Origin: Hormiphora californensis
Lineage: Eukaryota > Animalia > Ctenophora
Reading direction: 5' to 3'
Assembly: GCA_020137815.1 (NCBI GenBank)
Contig: CM035354.1
Coordinates: 1,488,001 to 1,552,000 of the forward strand
DNA length: 64,000 nt
Of the stretch, positions 27,401 through 39,300 are shown one piece after another. Under the pieces are notes generated by a model that saw only the letters and a program-made list of their open reading frames with translations, made no database searches and had not been told where the DNA came from. Numbering within the stretch: position 1 is the stretch's first letter; each line of letters begins with the position of its first letter. The position numbers and the translations under genes are program-made.

Positions 27401-28083
27401 GCGAAACGTCGAGTTATTCCTGAAATAAAATCAACGAGTCTCAATTTGTCCCTATTTATTACATCAACTTTTTATTCAACTAGACAGTCCATGATATAAA
27501 AGATCTACTACTTTTTATTTAACTACATAACATCATGGTTTATTATTCTCCAGGGTCAAGCACCTACTAGAGCTCAACGAGGACAGAGGACTTCTCTCCA
27601 GCTCCAACACGATAGATACCAAGGCATGGGAGAAAACCTTTATCTACAGGTAATTGTTTAGTTTCTAACCCCACACGGAGGGAGAGAGTGTGTCGAACAG
27701 GGCAAGTAATATATTGTCTTTGTAATGAGAATATGTGCATATAGTTTGAATCTTTGAATCTATAATCATACTACTTACTAAGCAAATTGTGTGACAGAGA
27801 TCACCTAGCAACTACACTTGCACGTGCAATTATTAGAGCGACCTGGAGAGATCTCTCCCGGTTGCAGTTGGGTACCAAGGGGAAATTCAATTCTGCACGT
27901 GCATTTACATCTGTCCTTATGTCTAGCTCTTCCACCCCAAGCGCTATTCGACAACGGTTATATGGGTCCGAAGATCTGCTGCTGTCAGAGAGCAGGCTAG
28001 AGAATATGACAGATTACGCCAACGTGTTCAAGCGAGCCAATCAACCACTGAGGATAGCTTTAGCCAACGTCGCCCAAGGGTGA
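21459..28083 (+). CDS. Putative 3-exon orphan protein (179 aa) with an N-terminal half-LIM-like zinc motif
   Basis: Exons 21459-21616, 27554-27649 and 27798-28083. All introns are GT-AG, phases are consistent (2,2), and the total is 540 nt. It begins MADPCCARCGK...EQYHYQC (CxxC-x19-HxxC). The 3' end is uncertain. Confidence 0.5.
21591..23473. repeat. 35-bp minisatellite, about 54 units, built from an exon 3' end plus splice donor
   Basis: Unit ctggaacaatccacacccttcgagAG|GTAGGTctt with no spacers. Variant units recur with a 315-bp (9-unit) period. Confidence 0.95.
24840..25702. mobile_element. pogo-type non-autonomous element, long form
   Basis: TA|CAGTCGGACCCCGATTTAG...CTAAATCGGGGTCCGACTG|TA. 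Confidence 0.85.
25815..25858 (-). ncRNA. Minimal hammerhead ribozyme core (inverted pLTR copy)
   Basis: Reverse complement of the motif at 27382-27410. Confidence 0.6.
25863..27267 (+). pseudogene. PLE reverse transcriptase - GIY-YIG endonuclease ORF, truncated and frameshifted
   Basis: RT motifs FFSADVVSLYTNI, YQQLVGLFMGCKPSP, YGRYVDD and VPFLD. Thumb region SHHP...K and NGYP. Cys-rich linker, then VVYKIECKLCKQIYVGET...RFKEH. A 1-nt frameshift near 26610 separates the two track ORFs. The ATG lies inside the inverted repeat and is fortuitous. Confidence 0.9.
27374..27418 (+). ncRNA. Minimal type I hammerhead ribozyme core in the PLE pLTR
   Basis: CTGATGA (27382-27388), t, stem II gccgt-cga-acggc, then GAAAC GTC (27403-27410) with palindromic ACGT in place of stem III, as in PLE minimal hammerheads. 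Stem I pairing is weak. Confidence 0.65.
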
Positions 28084-28285
28084 TTACTCCAGTCGAATAT
28101 AGAAATCTCCGAATCGGCTACATAGCGGTCAAGTTTTCACGTGCTGAGTTTCTGGAACAGCACTGCACCTCCATGACATTGATCTCTTAAATTCGGACCT
28201 TGACATTGTCAGGAAGCCCAGAGCGTACAACAACATGAGTAGGGAGAAAGTGAGAGATAGGCTAGGAACGGATGGTGCAGGTGAT

Positions 28286-28351
28286 GTCAGCGTTCCCTAA
28301 TCAAGCTACCATTTCCCCGAAATTCGCCCGTAGGGCGAACGGGCCTACTAG
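28286..28351 (+). mobile_element. Helitron-like 3' end fragment
   Basis: Reverse complement of about 15045-15110: hairpin followed by CTAG|T. Confidence 0.55.
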
Positions 28352-29644
28352 TATATGTCTAACAGCATTTTCTAAAAGGCTCTAAAAAGCAATTAGAAGA
28401 TTGAAACATTATGTTTTACACGCAACATATACAATAAGGGTATACCCATTATACCATGATGGTTTCCTCCTCCCATCACTTATGAGAAACTGGGGGAATA
28501 TACGTGCAGACACGCAAAGGTTGGTGAACAAGATTCTAATTTAGACTGATGCTGCAGATACTGCAGGGGAAAGAAGCTAGGCTTGCTGATCCCTCTTCTT
28601 ATGAGATAACACGACGCGGCGTGAGCCAGATTCAGCAGAGAAAGCAAAACTTCAAACCAATCATCTGCCTTACTCAACAAACTAACTTTTCAAGAGCACG
28701 ACAAGACTGTCGCGTGAATGCATAAATATACTTGGGGGAGCTATCATTGAGGATGGTTTAAAGGTATATGTAACGCGTTGTGAGAGGGGTGAGAGGGGTG
28801 AGGGGGAGTGAGGGAGAGACGGAGAGAGAGAGAAAGAAACACAGACGGGGAGAGAAAGTGAGAGAGGGGAGAGGGTTGAGGGAGCGAGGGAGCAAGATGG
28901 AGCTTATAGAGAGAAAGAATCAAAGGGGAGAAAGACAGAAGGACAGAATTATTCTGAGAATATGTGAAAGAGTGGTGAATTTATTTATTTATTAAATTGA
29001 ATGAACCTGAGGCATTTTTAGAAGTCTTCTTTTGGGCTGTGATCTAGAAACCCTCTGCTTTTCTGAACCCAGCTTTTCGAGACGAATCCAACGCAACCTG
29101 ATTTAGCTTTCTATCGTATCGGAAAGTTCGGGCTTAAGGCCCTTCATTGTTGGTCATTGTTCGGTGTGTGACTGTGCGAGCCAATCAGAGGCCTTAAGCC
29201 CGATCTGTCCGATAAGATAGAAAGCTAAATCAGGTTGCGTTGGATTCGTAATCGTAATCGTAATTCGTAATCTTATTCAGAAAAGCTCCGGGGGTTTTCA
29301 GACCACAGTCAGACAAAGGATCACGCAGTTGAAGAAAAACCATGATGGAGATGGTAATAATTAATGAATGCACAGGGAACAGGTGGAATATATATGTGGC
29401 AATCGGTAATGAATTACACCAGAGGGGCGAGCTAGAAAACAGGAGCTGATCGTAAAGCACTCAAGTATTAATTAGTAGTAGGAGAACACACCCTTAGTAG
29501 GGAAACATGCACATCTGATGGTGCGTGAATTCAGGCGTGATTTGTTGAGTAAAGGGCACTCAACAAGCTGCGTCATGATATAGTCGCGACTAGTCTGAGT
29601 GAAAAATATACGATACTACGTGTCTCACTTCTCTTTCACTACTA

Positions 29645-29877
29645 CAGTCGGATTCCGATTTAGGGACACCCTCGGGGGAAAGGCTCTTGTCCACTAAATC
29701 GGGGTGTCCACTAAATCGGGGGCCCCTAAATCGGGGTCCGACTGTATATAAAAAAATGCGCCGAAAGTGTGAAAACAGGGTGTCCACTAAATCGGGGTCA
29801 AATAATGTTAATTTCCTATATCGGGGGAAAAAAATCCTGTCCCTAAATCGGGGGGCCACTAAATCGGGGTCCGACTG
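29645..29877. mobile_element. pogo-type MITE (rearranged)
   Basis: TA|CAGTCGGA...GTCCGACTG|TA with an additional internal right end at about 29744. Confidence 0.75.
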
Positions 29878-30140
29878 TACTACTCTCCCCTTCTCTATCT
29901 TTCTCTCTCTTCACCCCATTGATCCCTCTTTGACATTACAATAGTCTGACACTGCACCTCCTTTCAGTCATGTGTCGTCACTGGCCCATTCCCTCGTTGA
30001 CATGCACCTTTCTATTTAGTCGTGTGGAAGTCACCGGCCCATTCCCTCGTTGACACTGCACCTTTCTATTTAGTCGTGTGAAAGTCAACTCCCCCTTCAC
30101 CCCATTGATCCCTCGTGTTGACATGCACCTTTCTATTTAG

Positions 30141-31171
30141 TCGTGTGGAAGTCAACTGAGTGTGGAGGAGGCTGCCACGAGAGTCACTCACAACTGGTAC
30201 AGCGAGGAGGAGGACTATAACTACTCCTCTAATCAGTACAGTGCTGAGTGTTCCCACTTTAGTCAACTCGTGTGGAAAGGTAAAATAGTGAACCCTTTCA
30301 GAAGGGGAACTGAAATCTTATTTTCAATCACGTATACCAAGTTTCTTTCATGTACCAAACCTTTTAACTGCAATAAAATGTGTCATCTGAACTGTCTGGG
30401 AAGTTAGTTTTTACTCGCTAGACATGGTTATACCATCTCTCGCCTTACCATCTCTCGCCTTACCATCTCTCGCCTTACCATCTCTCGCCTTACCATGTCT
30501 CCTAATTGTCACCTATATTAATATTAATATCTTATCAGGTGCAGTAACATATCGCACCCTTTTTCTAGAAGATCCCCTTGAAATTTGATAAGGCACCAAT
30601 CATCATCTTCTTGTTTTTGCACAAGTGCAATTACGTTTTCAGTGTCCCTATACAGAGTCTATATCGATCCCTAATTACCATCTAGAGTTTAGGCCTCTAT
30701 GAAGTCCCCTTAATAATTCCCCTGACCCCTCTAGTTTTCTAGTTCTACTACTATATTCTACAGCTACTACTACTACTACTATATTCTACTACCCCGTTAG
30801 ATCATTTAAGCATTGCCCCGCTAAACCATTTAACGTTATACTGAACCGCACTGAAACCATTCTTGTTCAACTAAATGGATTCCACTGAAAACCACCATCC
30901 CTCTGTTTCCCAGAAGAAACGTACGGGTGAACTAGGTAAAAAAGAGTAAAACCATTTAAACCATCCCTAGTAAACTCTAACCCCTCCCCCTGTATAGTAT
31001 TGCCTGCACCTATACGTCACCATGATCCCCATATATTTCTTTTCAGGTAGCTGGAAAGTGGGCATGGCCTATGGACAGGTGGGCAAGGTATTTGTTGCGG
31101 TGGCAAACTACTGGCCCGCAGGAAACATCCAGGCTTGGTTCATTGATAATGTACCCAAGAAACGAATCTAG
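30141..31171 (+). CDS. CAP superfamily (GAPR-1/PR-1-like) protein, last two exons; 5' exons not located
   Basis: Exon 30141-30279 encodes ...NWYSEEEDYNYSSNQYSAECSHFSQLVWKG. Exon 31047-31171 encodes SWKVGMAYGQVGKVFVAVANYWPAGNIQAWFIDNVPKKRI*. These match the CAP motifs HFxQxVW and VxxYxPxGN, and the phase-1 junction is consistent. Confidence 0.85.
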
Positions 31172-31712
31172 AATGACACAATGGAATACACAGGCCGCTG
31201 ATATAACGTCATGGGCTGATACACATCCCCATACTCTGTGCCCATATGCTCTGTCTCGTAGCATGGCAAGCACCTGTTGGGATGATGGATCATTAATTGG
31301 ACAGCTGTTTGATAAACATTTGGTTTTTTGAGAGACAATGTATTCTGAATCAGCATCATGTATTATGACGTACTTGCATGTGTGAAAAAAGAATGATGTG
31401 TTGTAACGAAATTTAGTTTACACCGTATGAAAAACCGTGTACTCAAGTCACTGTATAACTGTTTACCAAAGTAAGACCATGTGTTCCGCTATTTAGTGCA
31501 GTCTCTTTTAGTCTTTTCACACGTATAATTGAACTGGTTATGGTACACGCTATAAATTGTCCGGAAAAGTGGATTTGGCAAAACGTTTACACCTATAATA
31601 ATAGGGACTAATAGGGAGGTCGCGAAACAGCTATGCTCCCATGCAGCTCTCATTGCTCATTTCACGTCATATCCTGGGAGTCCCAATGACTGGAAAAGCT
31701 AAAGGCCTTTAA

Positions 31713-32992
31713 GGGTACACCTGGCGTTTTTCATCATCGAGTGCCCAACCAAATGACTTCACCAGGGTTTAGGCCATACAAAATGGACCTCAAATATGCA
31801 ATTTTAGCCCTAAAGTTGAATTCATATTTTTGCTACAGCCTATTTTCAAAGTGCGTTTTTTCAATTTTGGTGGAATTTTTAACCTCAGGACCACTTTTTT
31901 TGAGATAGAAACATTAAATTCTTGGAATTTGAAGAGATATAAAGGTAAATAAGCCCAAAGAAGGATTTTTGAAATGGAGCTAATTTATGGCCATGAGAAC
32001 GGTTTACTTTGCTTCTTTGACACGCTGGCTGAGAATGTTCCCATGCTTCATTAGAGATTAAAATGGAAATAGTTGCTCAAAACGATTATCTATGTGGCCC
32101 AAAAATTTTGGAACTTTCCCACCAAAGATGTGGTGTACAGAGCTTGTTTTGTGAAACCACTTTTGAAAAAGAGGGAGATTCCCTGATCTCAAAAACGGAT
32201 GATCGTAGAGACCTGCGACCAAGCTTAATCGATTCAGAAGGTCCGATTTTGGGGGGGTCTTCTGAGAGACATTTTGCTCCTACTCCAACCGTTTTTGCTG
32301 TACTTGCAAAAAACCAATTCTATGAAAGGGGGAACAACAAATTCCAGTAGCCTGCTTCGGGCTGATTTCCCCCTTACTTGCTGATAGCTTTTTCGCAATT
32401 ACAGCAAAAACGGTTGGAGTAGGAGCAAAGTCTCTCAGAAGACCCCCCCAAAATCGGACCTTCTGAATCGATTAAGCTTGGTCGCAGGTCTCTACGATCC
32501 ATCCGTTTTTGAGATACAGGGAATTTCCCTCTTTTTCAAAAAGATGGGTTTCACAAAACAAGCTTGTACACCACACTTTGACGGGAAAGTTCCAAAATTT
32601 TTGGGCCACATAGATAATCGTTTTGAGCAACTATTTCCCGATTTTAATCTCTAATGAAGCATGGGAACATTCTCAGCCAGCGTGTCAAAGAAGCAAAAAA
32701 AAACCTTCTCATGGCCATAAATTAGCTCCATTTCAAAAATCCTTCTTGGGCTTATTTACCTTTATATTCTCTTCAAATTCCAGAATTAATGTTTCTATCT
32801 CAAAAAAAGTGGTCCTGAGGTTAAAAATTCCACCAAAAATTGAAAAAACGCCACTTTGAAAATAGGCTGTAGCAAAAATATGAATTCGACTTTAGGGCTA
32901 AAATTGCATATTTGAGGTCCATTTTGTATGGCCTAAACCCTGGTGAAGTCATTTGGTTGGGCACTCGATGATGAAAAACGCCAGGTGTACCC
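31713..32992. mobile_element. Kolobok-like foldback, copy 3 (inverted relative to copy 1, many 1-nt deletions)
   Basis: TTAA|GGGTACACC...GGTGTACCC|TTAA. Confidence 0.8.
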
Positions 32993-33175
32993 TTAAACTT
33001 TAAAGGTTAATAAAAGGCTACTTGTAGCGCCACTGCTGTAAGGGGTTGGAGCTGACTGCACAAGTCAAATCCCGGACACAGCTATATTATATACCATGCC
33101 CTCTTTAGGTGGTTTTTCTATTGCATTACGACAGTCACACACATGCAGTGATGGTAGTAACTGGATTAACAAGCT

Positions 33176-33240
<65 letters not shown>

Positions 33241-33300
33241 ATTACTTTCCTTCAAGTAAAAGCATTGCTTATTGTTGTTTGAAAACATAGTTTATGATTT

Positions 33301-36300
33301 ATGGAATCTCCAATTATACTTGATAATGGTAATAGTTTACATTTTTCTAATTACTTTACTTTTCTAATTACTTTTCCAGTTTTTAACTATGAAATTTCCT
33401 TTGATTTGAACATGATGATATTCACATCATGGTTCAAATAAATCGTAGAAACAAACAAAAATAGAGTTGCTGCATAAACTAGAGCATCTCCAGTTTATGC
33501 AGCAAAAGATTTTTGTAAAAAAGATTGTACCACTTAGGAGAAATCGTGTGACGTCTGAGTGAGATTATCTCACTCAGACGTGGACTGTGCCATATATTCT
33601 TTCGAAGATCTTGGTGTGACCGCGCCCTAACGTTTTATTTGCACCCAGGCACTGGCTTCATAAAGGCGGGATTCGGAGGGGAGGATAACCCGCGATACCT
33701 CATTCCTTCACTGGTGGGCCATCCCAAGTTTCAAAATGTCATGATAGGATCCAACAATCGGGTATGTTCAGACCACAGTCAGACACTATCGGGTATGCTA
33801 GGGGGACCGCACACAGCACCGCTGCGTACTGGAGTTTGCACCGAAACTGTTGTATGTGCTAGTGAGAACTGAAGTTAGAGGCACCACATACGGCGGTGCG
33901 AATTTCAGTACAGTGCTGTATGTGGTCCCCCTAGGCAGCCAATTTCCTCGAATTCCGAAAGAATATTAATTTTTATAAAGCCCTAGCCGGGGTTATCTAT
34001 ATTATAAGCCCTTACAGTAACTATATTCACTGGAATGGATTTATAAAGAAAGGAAATTATTCTGAACCGCCGTTATATAATGGCTATTGCGTTCGATTTA
34101 TTATTACCAATATATTCACTCGCATATACCTTTACCCACTAAGTACATGCCCCCGTTCCGGATTGGTATGATAGATATTATAATGATTTGCCGCACATAA
34201 CGTAACGAACATGAACCCAGTATTTCCTTCCCGGCCAATGTTAAAATACTAAAAGCATATTTGCCAGATGTCTACATGTCACTAAATTTGAATATTGTTT
34301 CCCGGCGAGGTATCAAAAGAGCCGGAGCATTCGAAAATGATTGGCTGAACTAAACTGTCATGGCAGGTGGTCAATGCTCACGGTTCTCGCGCTGAAAGAG
34401 ATCTCAGTGTCCTGACGTCATTATGTTCTAGTCTCTCTCAACAGGTAGACAAGTTGCTCGCACTTGATTGGCTCATTCCAAAACCCTGCAACCCCATTGG
34501 CTCATAGGATTTCTTCAATCTGATGTATCGGATTCAACAAATCTTCGAAGCGCCAATATACAATGAGATTGCAGGGTTTTCAAAGAACCAAACGTGCGCT
34601 ACTTCTATTACCGCTGCTGATAGTACTAGTAAGCGATTGGTTCATTCCAAAACCCTGCAATCTCAATGGTTCAGAGGATTTCGTGAATCCTATACTTCGG
34701 ATCCATAAAAATACTTTGGATTCGTGAAATCGTCTAAACCTAAGGGTGGGATCACTATAGCTCTGACAGGAACTACATGCAGTTCAACATGGTTATTGGT
34801 TCTCTCCATTCACCTCGCCCTCCCCGTTATCTTGAGCGATAGAGATGCAGTCTAGACTAGATCCTTTAACTGTCAGAGTTTTTATTATTCTCTCTGGGCT
34901 GGGCTGAGCAAATGAACAAATAAAGTAGAATCGTGTCGCGAAGTAATATTTCCCTCTCGAGACTGACAGCCGTTACTGCCCAGCTACTACTATAATACTT
35001 GTTAACTGGTCTTCAATTCTTGGTAACCTATTGAATCGCGCCCGCTAATATGGGTAGCTAATATACAAATAAAAGACATGTGGGTAGCACATGCAAATAA
35101 AAGACATGTGGGCAAATTGTAACTAGCGGGACACGTAAGTGTCCCGCTATAATAGTGGGACACGTACTACTATATTACAGACGTATTATCGTATTAGCGA
35201 GAGATGTGAGAAAGATTTGCTAAAGACATACCCAGACGTACCCAGACTACTTTAGACGTACCCAGACGTACTTTAGACGTACCCAGACGTACTTTAGACA
35301 TACCCAGACGTACTTTAGACGTACCCAGACGTACTTTAGACGTACCCAGACGTGCTTTAGACGTACCCAGACGTACTTTAGACGTACCCAGACGTACTAT
35401 TATAGACGTACCCAGACGTACTATTATAGACGTACCCAGACGACTTTTGACGTACCAGACGACTTTAGACATACCCAGACGTACTTTAGACGTACCCAGA
35501 CGTACTTTAGACGTACCAGACGTGCTTAGAGTACCAGAGTACTTTAGACGTACCCAGACGTACATTATAGACGTACCCAGACGTACTTTAGACGTACCCA
35601 GACGTACTTTAGACGTACCCAGACGTACTTTAGACATACCCAGACGTACTTTAGACGTACCCAGACGTGCTTTAGACGTACCCAGACGTACTTTAGACGT
35701 ACCCAGACGTACTTTAGACGTACCCAGACGTACTATTATAGACGTACCCAGACGTACTATTATAGACGTACCCAGACGTACTATTATAGACGTACCCAGA
35801 CGTACTTTAGACGTACCCAGACGTACTATAGACGTACCCAGACGTACTTTAGACCGGCCGATTCTTAGCACAGTAGTGTCTGACTGTGGTCTGGAAACCC
35901 CCTACTACACGGAGCTTTTCTGCATCACCTTTTCGAGACGAATCCAACGCAACCGGAATTAGCTTTCTATCTTATCGGGAAGTTTGGGCTTGGGCACTTA
36001 TTTTGGTCATTTTTCGGTGCACGGGCCAATCAGAGGCCTTTATTTCGAAATCCAGGCCTCTGATTGGCTCGCGCACCGAAAAATGACCAAGCCCAAACTT
36101 CCCGATAAGATAGAAAGCTAATTCCGGTTGCATTGGATTCGTCTCGAAAAGCTGATTTAGAAAAGCTCCGTGCAGTAGGGGGTTTCCAGACCACAGTCAG
36201 ACACTATAGCACAGCTAAAAGCTTTGTGTCATGTTGCTATCTTGTATTTTTCTGCCCACGCATATTATATTACTGAGCATTATAACAAGAGCATGTTGAA

Positions 36301-39300
36301 TAGTGAGAAACATATCCCCCATCCCCTACATATATAACAAAACCTCAATTGATATATAACAAAACCTCAATTGATACGCCCGACCTTAATAAATCAGTCA
36401 GCTTGATACAGTCTTGTCTCTCTCAACAATCATGCCTCGTGTCCTCCTTGTTGTCCTAGTGGTGCTGGTTACCATGGTTACCGTGGATGCTGCATCTAAC
36501 GAAACCTCATGGTGGGAACACTTGAAGAATTCCAAGAACCCGAAGAAGTACTTTCCAGATCCAGAGGATCACATGAGTGGAGATGAGCCTGCAGAGGGAG
36601 GTGCCCCGTTGAGGGTCAATGAACCTTCCCCCTTGAGGGTAGTACGATCGAGTAGCAGGAATAAGAGTGGGCGCAACTCCGGTAAAACTCATCTCAGTAA
36701 CTTTGGAATTAATGCTGGAGAGGGAAGTAGTAACCATGGTAACAATCTTGGGGTTGGAGACCAAGGGAACAGCAAGGACGCGAGCCATGCCAGCAAGCAC
36801 GGTAGCCACATTCCGTGAGCGGTTACCATGGTAACACTATACCTATACCGCGGTGTGTGAAAGCCGAACGGTAGAAACTTTTGAAATCTGATTGACTGAT
36901 TAGTTTTTTACCTAAAAAGATTGATAACAGAAGTTTTTTTTGAGTCTTTATTTTCCAAGTGTCAAATATTTAAGGTTATGAAAAGTTTATTGAACTTGTG
37001 GATTGTAATTGCACAGCTTATTTCAATTTTTCCAAATATGAATTATGCAGCTGTGTTCGTTTCTCTACATAAAAAACCGCAATTCACTAAGTTACCGTAT
37101 ATTATTCAGACAACGTATTCCCACTTATAACTGCAAGCTGCACTGTAAATTACAATACCAAGAATCGATGGCCTGTATAATAATACCAGTGCAGTGCTGT
37201 AGTGGTCGGGAAGTAATGGCGTATGTGATGTAAATTGGGGTACTCGGTATAATAACGGGGCCAAATGCTGTTAATTTCCTATATCGGGGGAGTTTATCAT
37301 CCCGGTAAATCGGGGTTCCGATAACTTGGGGCCCGGTAAATCGGGGTCCGACTGCAGCAGTAGTTGTATTAGGGTATACTAACAGTAAATATGAAATAAA
37401 TATTACTATTTCAGTCGGCGTTTTTTGGTGACGATGCCATTGCTAAAAAGGGAGTTCTAAAGTTGACCTACCCGCTGGAACACGGCGTCATTACTGACTG
37501 GGATGCTATGACTGAGGTAATTGGTATTTTAGCAACTTACGTCTGTTTTATATGTAGACTTTTATTTACACATGATATTTCAGTTATGGGACCACGTGTT
37601 TTATTCGATAATGCGGGTATCTCCCTCCGAAAGGCCCGTATTTTTAACAGAGGCGGCGCTTAATCCTAAAAAGTGCCGAGAACGAATGACAGAGATCATG
37701 TTTGAGGGATTCCGAGTACCGGCAATGTGAGTACAATGAGAGAGAACACTATAATAATTGGTATGACGTTTTTCGAGGTTTTTCATTTTCATACTCTGAT
37801 ATCGGCGCGGCCCGGCATGAGAAACAGAATTAAATCCCAGATATGATCAATTATCATGTGAATCCCTAACACGTCCCCCCTAAAGGTATGTTGCGATCCA
37901 GGCACAGATGGCTCTGTATTGCAGTGGGCGAACCACGGGGATAGTACTAGACATTGGGGATGGAGTGACGCACAGTGTGCCAATATTCGATGGTATGGAT
38001 ATTTAAATGTTATAAACCATTTTATCAGTAGCCATTAAATTACTGGACAGGTCTTTAAATATAAATTATATCGTTTAATGATTATCAGCCTAAAGATTCA
38101 AGATTTTTTAAGGCTGCTTTAATTATCCAAGAGAGAACTATTTAACCATGCTCCCCGAGCCAAGATCAGGTGACGTTAAACCATCAGCTCCCTTACATCC
38201 CAGGTTATTCACTTCCTCACGCGGTGCTACGAAAGGATTTGGCGGGGAGAGATATAACCGAGTACCTAACTATTCTACTCCGGAAGCGTGGCTTCAACTT
38301 TGTAACTGGTGCAGAGATGGACATCGTTCGGAGGATCAAAGTAGGAAAGCAGTTTTATGAAGGAGTATGGTTGACAGCAGAACTAGTTTGGATATCATGC
38401 AGTTTTCTGGTCATGATATAGAATGGTATTATTATATAAGCCCCCCCCCCCCACTACAGGAAGAGTACGGTTACATAGCTTTGGACGTTGATAAAGAGGC
38501 GGCCCTCCCTGAGCTGCCCATTGAGAGGAGGTTCGAACTGCCTGACGGACAGGTCATCACAATAGGTTTGTTTGTTTGTTTTTTTTGTTTGTTTGTTTGT
38601 TTGTTACTAAACCATGGGTTACCAACCCGGGTATGTGGTAACTATGGGTATTGTTTGGGCTTCTAGAACGTTTGAGAGGGTCTTGGTCCGGTATGATGGG
38701 TGGGAGTACTATCATATGATCATAAGGTCACATGACACATTTAATGGACTTATAGTGCATTGTAAACCGGACACAGTACAATAGAAAGCATTATACTTAC
38801 ATAATATATGAAAGCATATGTTTCTATAAGTAATATGAGTTTATGCACTGGCGCAATGGATTCAACAGACAAATAGTGCAAGTGACGTACTAAACGGCTA
38901 GACTAGTAAAAGATTGAGTCAGCTGTAAAAATTGCCGACTAAAATGCCAGACTTGTTTCACTTGACCTACTAGAAACTGGGGCGATTGATCGCAAATCTA
39001 GAGAAAAATGCATTCCCTGTCACCGTGCTGGAATACTCAACAAAAACGTGGAGGGAGTGACCCCTGTGGTGATCTCACGTAGTTCAGAATTCTGACGGAC
39101 GGTGCCATCAGCCCCACACAGCTGATCCAGAGGACTCAACAAAAACCACCGGCGGAAACCACAAATTCGCACGTAGTTGAAATTAAAATATCAAATAGTT
39201 CCCGTATTAGGAAATATCTTAGACAGAAAATCTTTGAAGAAACCAGTCAAACCATCAAGAAGATCCCTCGTTGAGTCACATCATGAGCTTTCTCGAGTCA

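Larger units (their letters stand above)
25718..27466 (+). mobile_element. Penelope-like retroelement (PLE), 5'-truncated, with inverted terminal pseudo-LTR
   Basis: Contains RT and GIY-YIG coding sequence. 25761-25867 is the reverse complement of 27365-27470. The direct repeat ACTTTTTATTCAAC at 25704-25717 and 27467-27480 is the TSD. Confidence 0.92.

Noticed and set aside
28550-28763. Candidate upstream CAP exon ending ...IIEDGLK|GT
   Set aside because: It lacks the expected HNxxRxxH and GENL motifs and has stops in all frames.
35194-35962. 225-aa and 171-aa repetitive ORFs
   Set aside because: They are translations of the 21-bp minisatellite.
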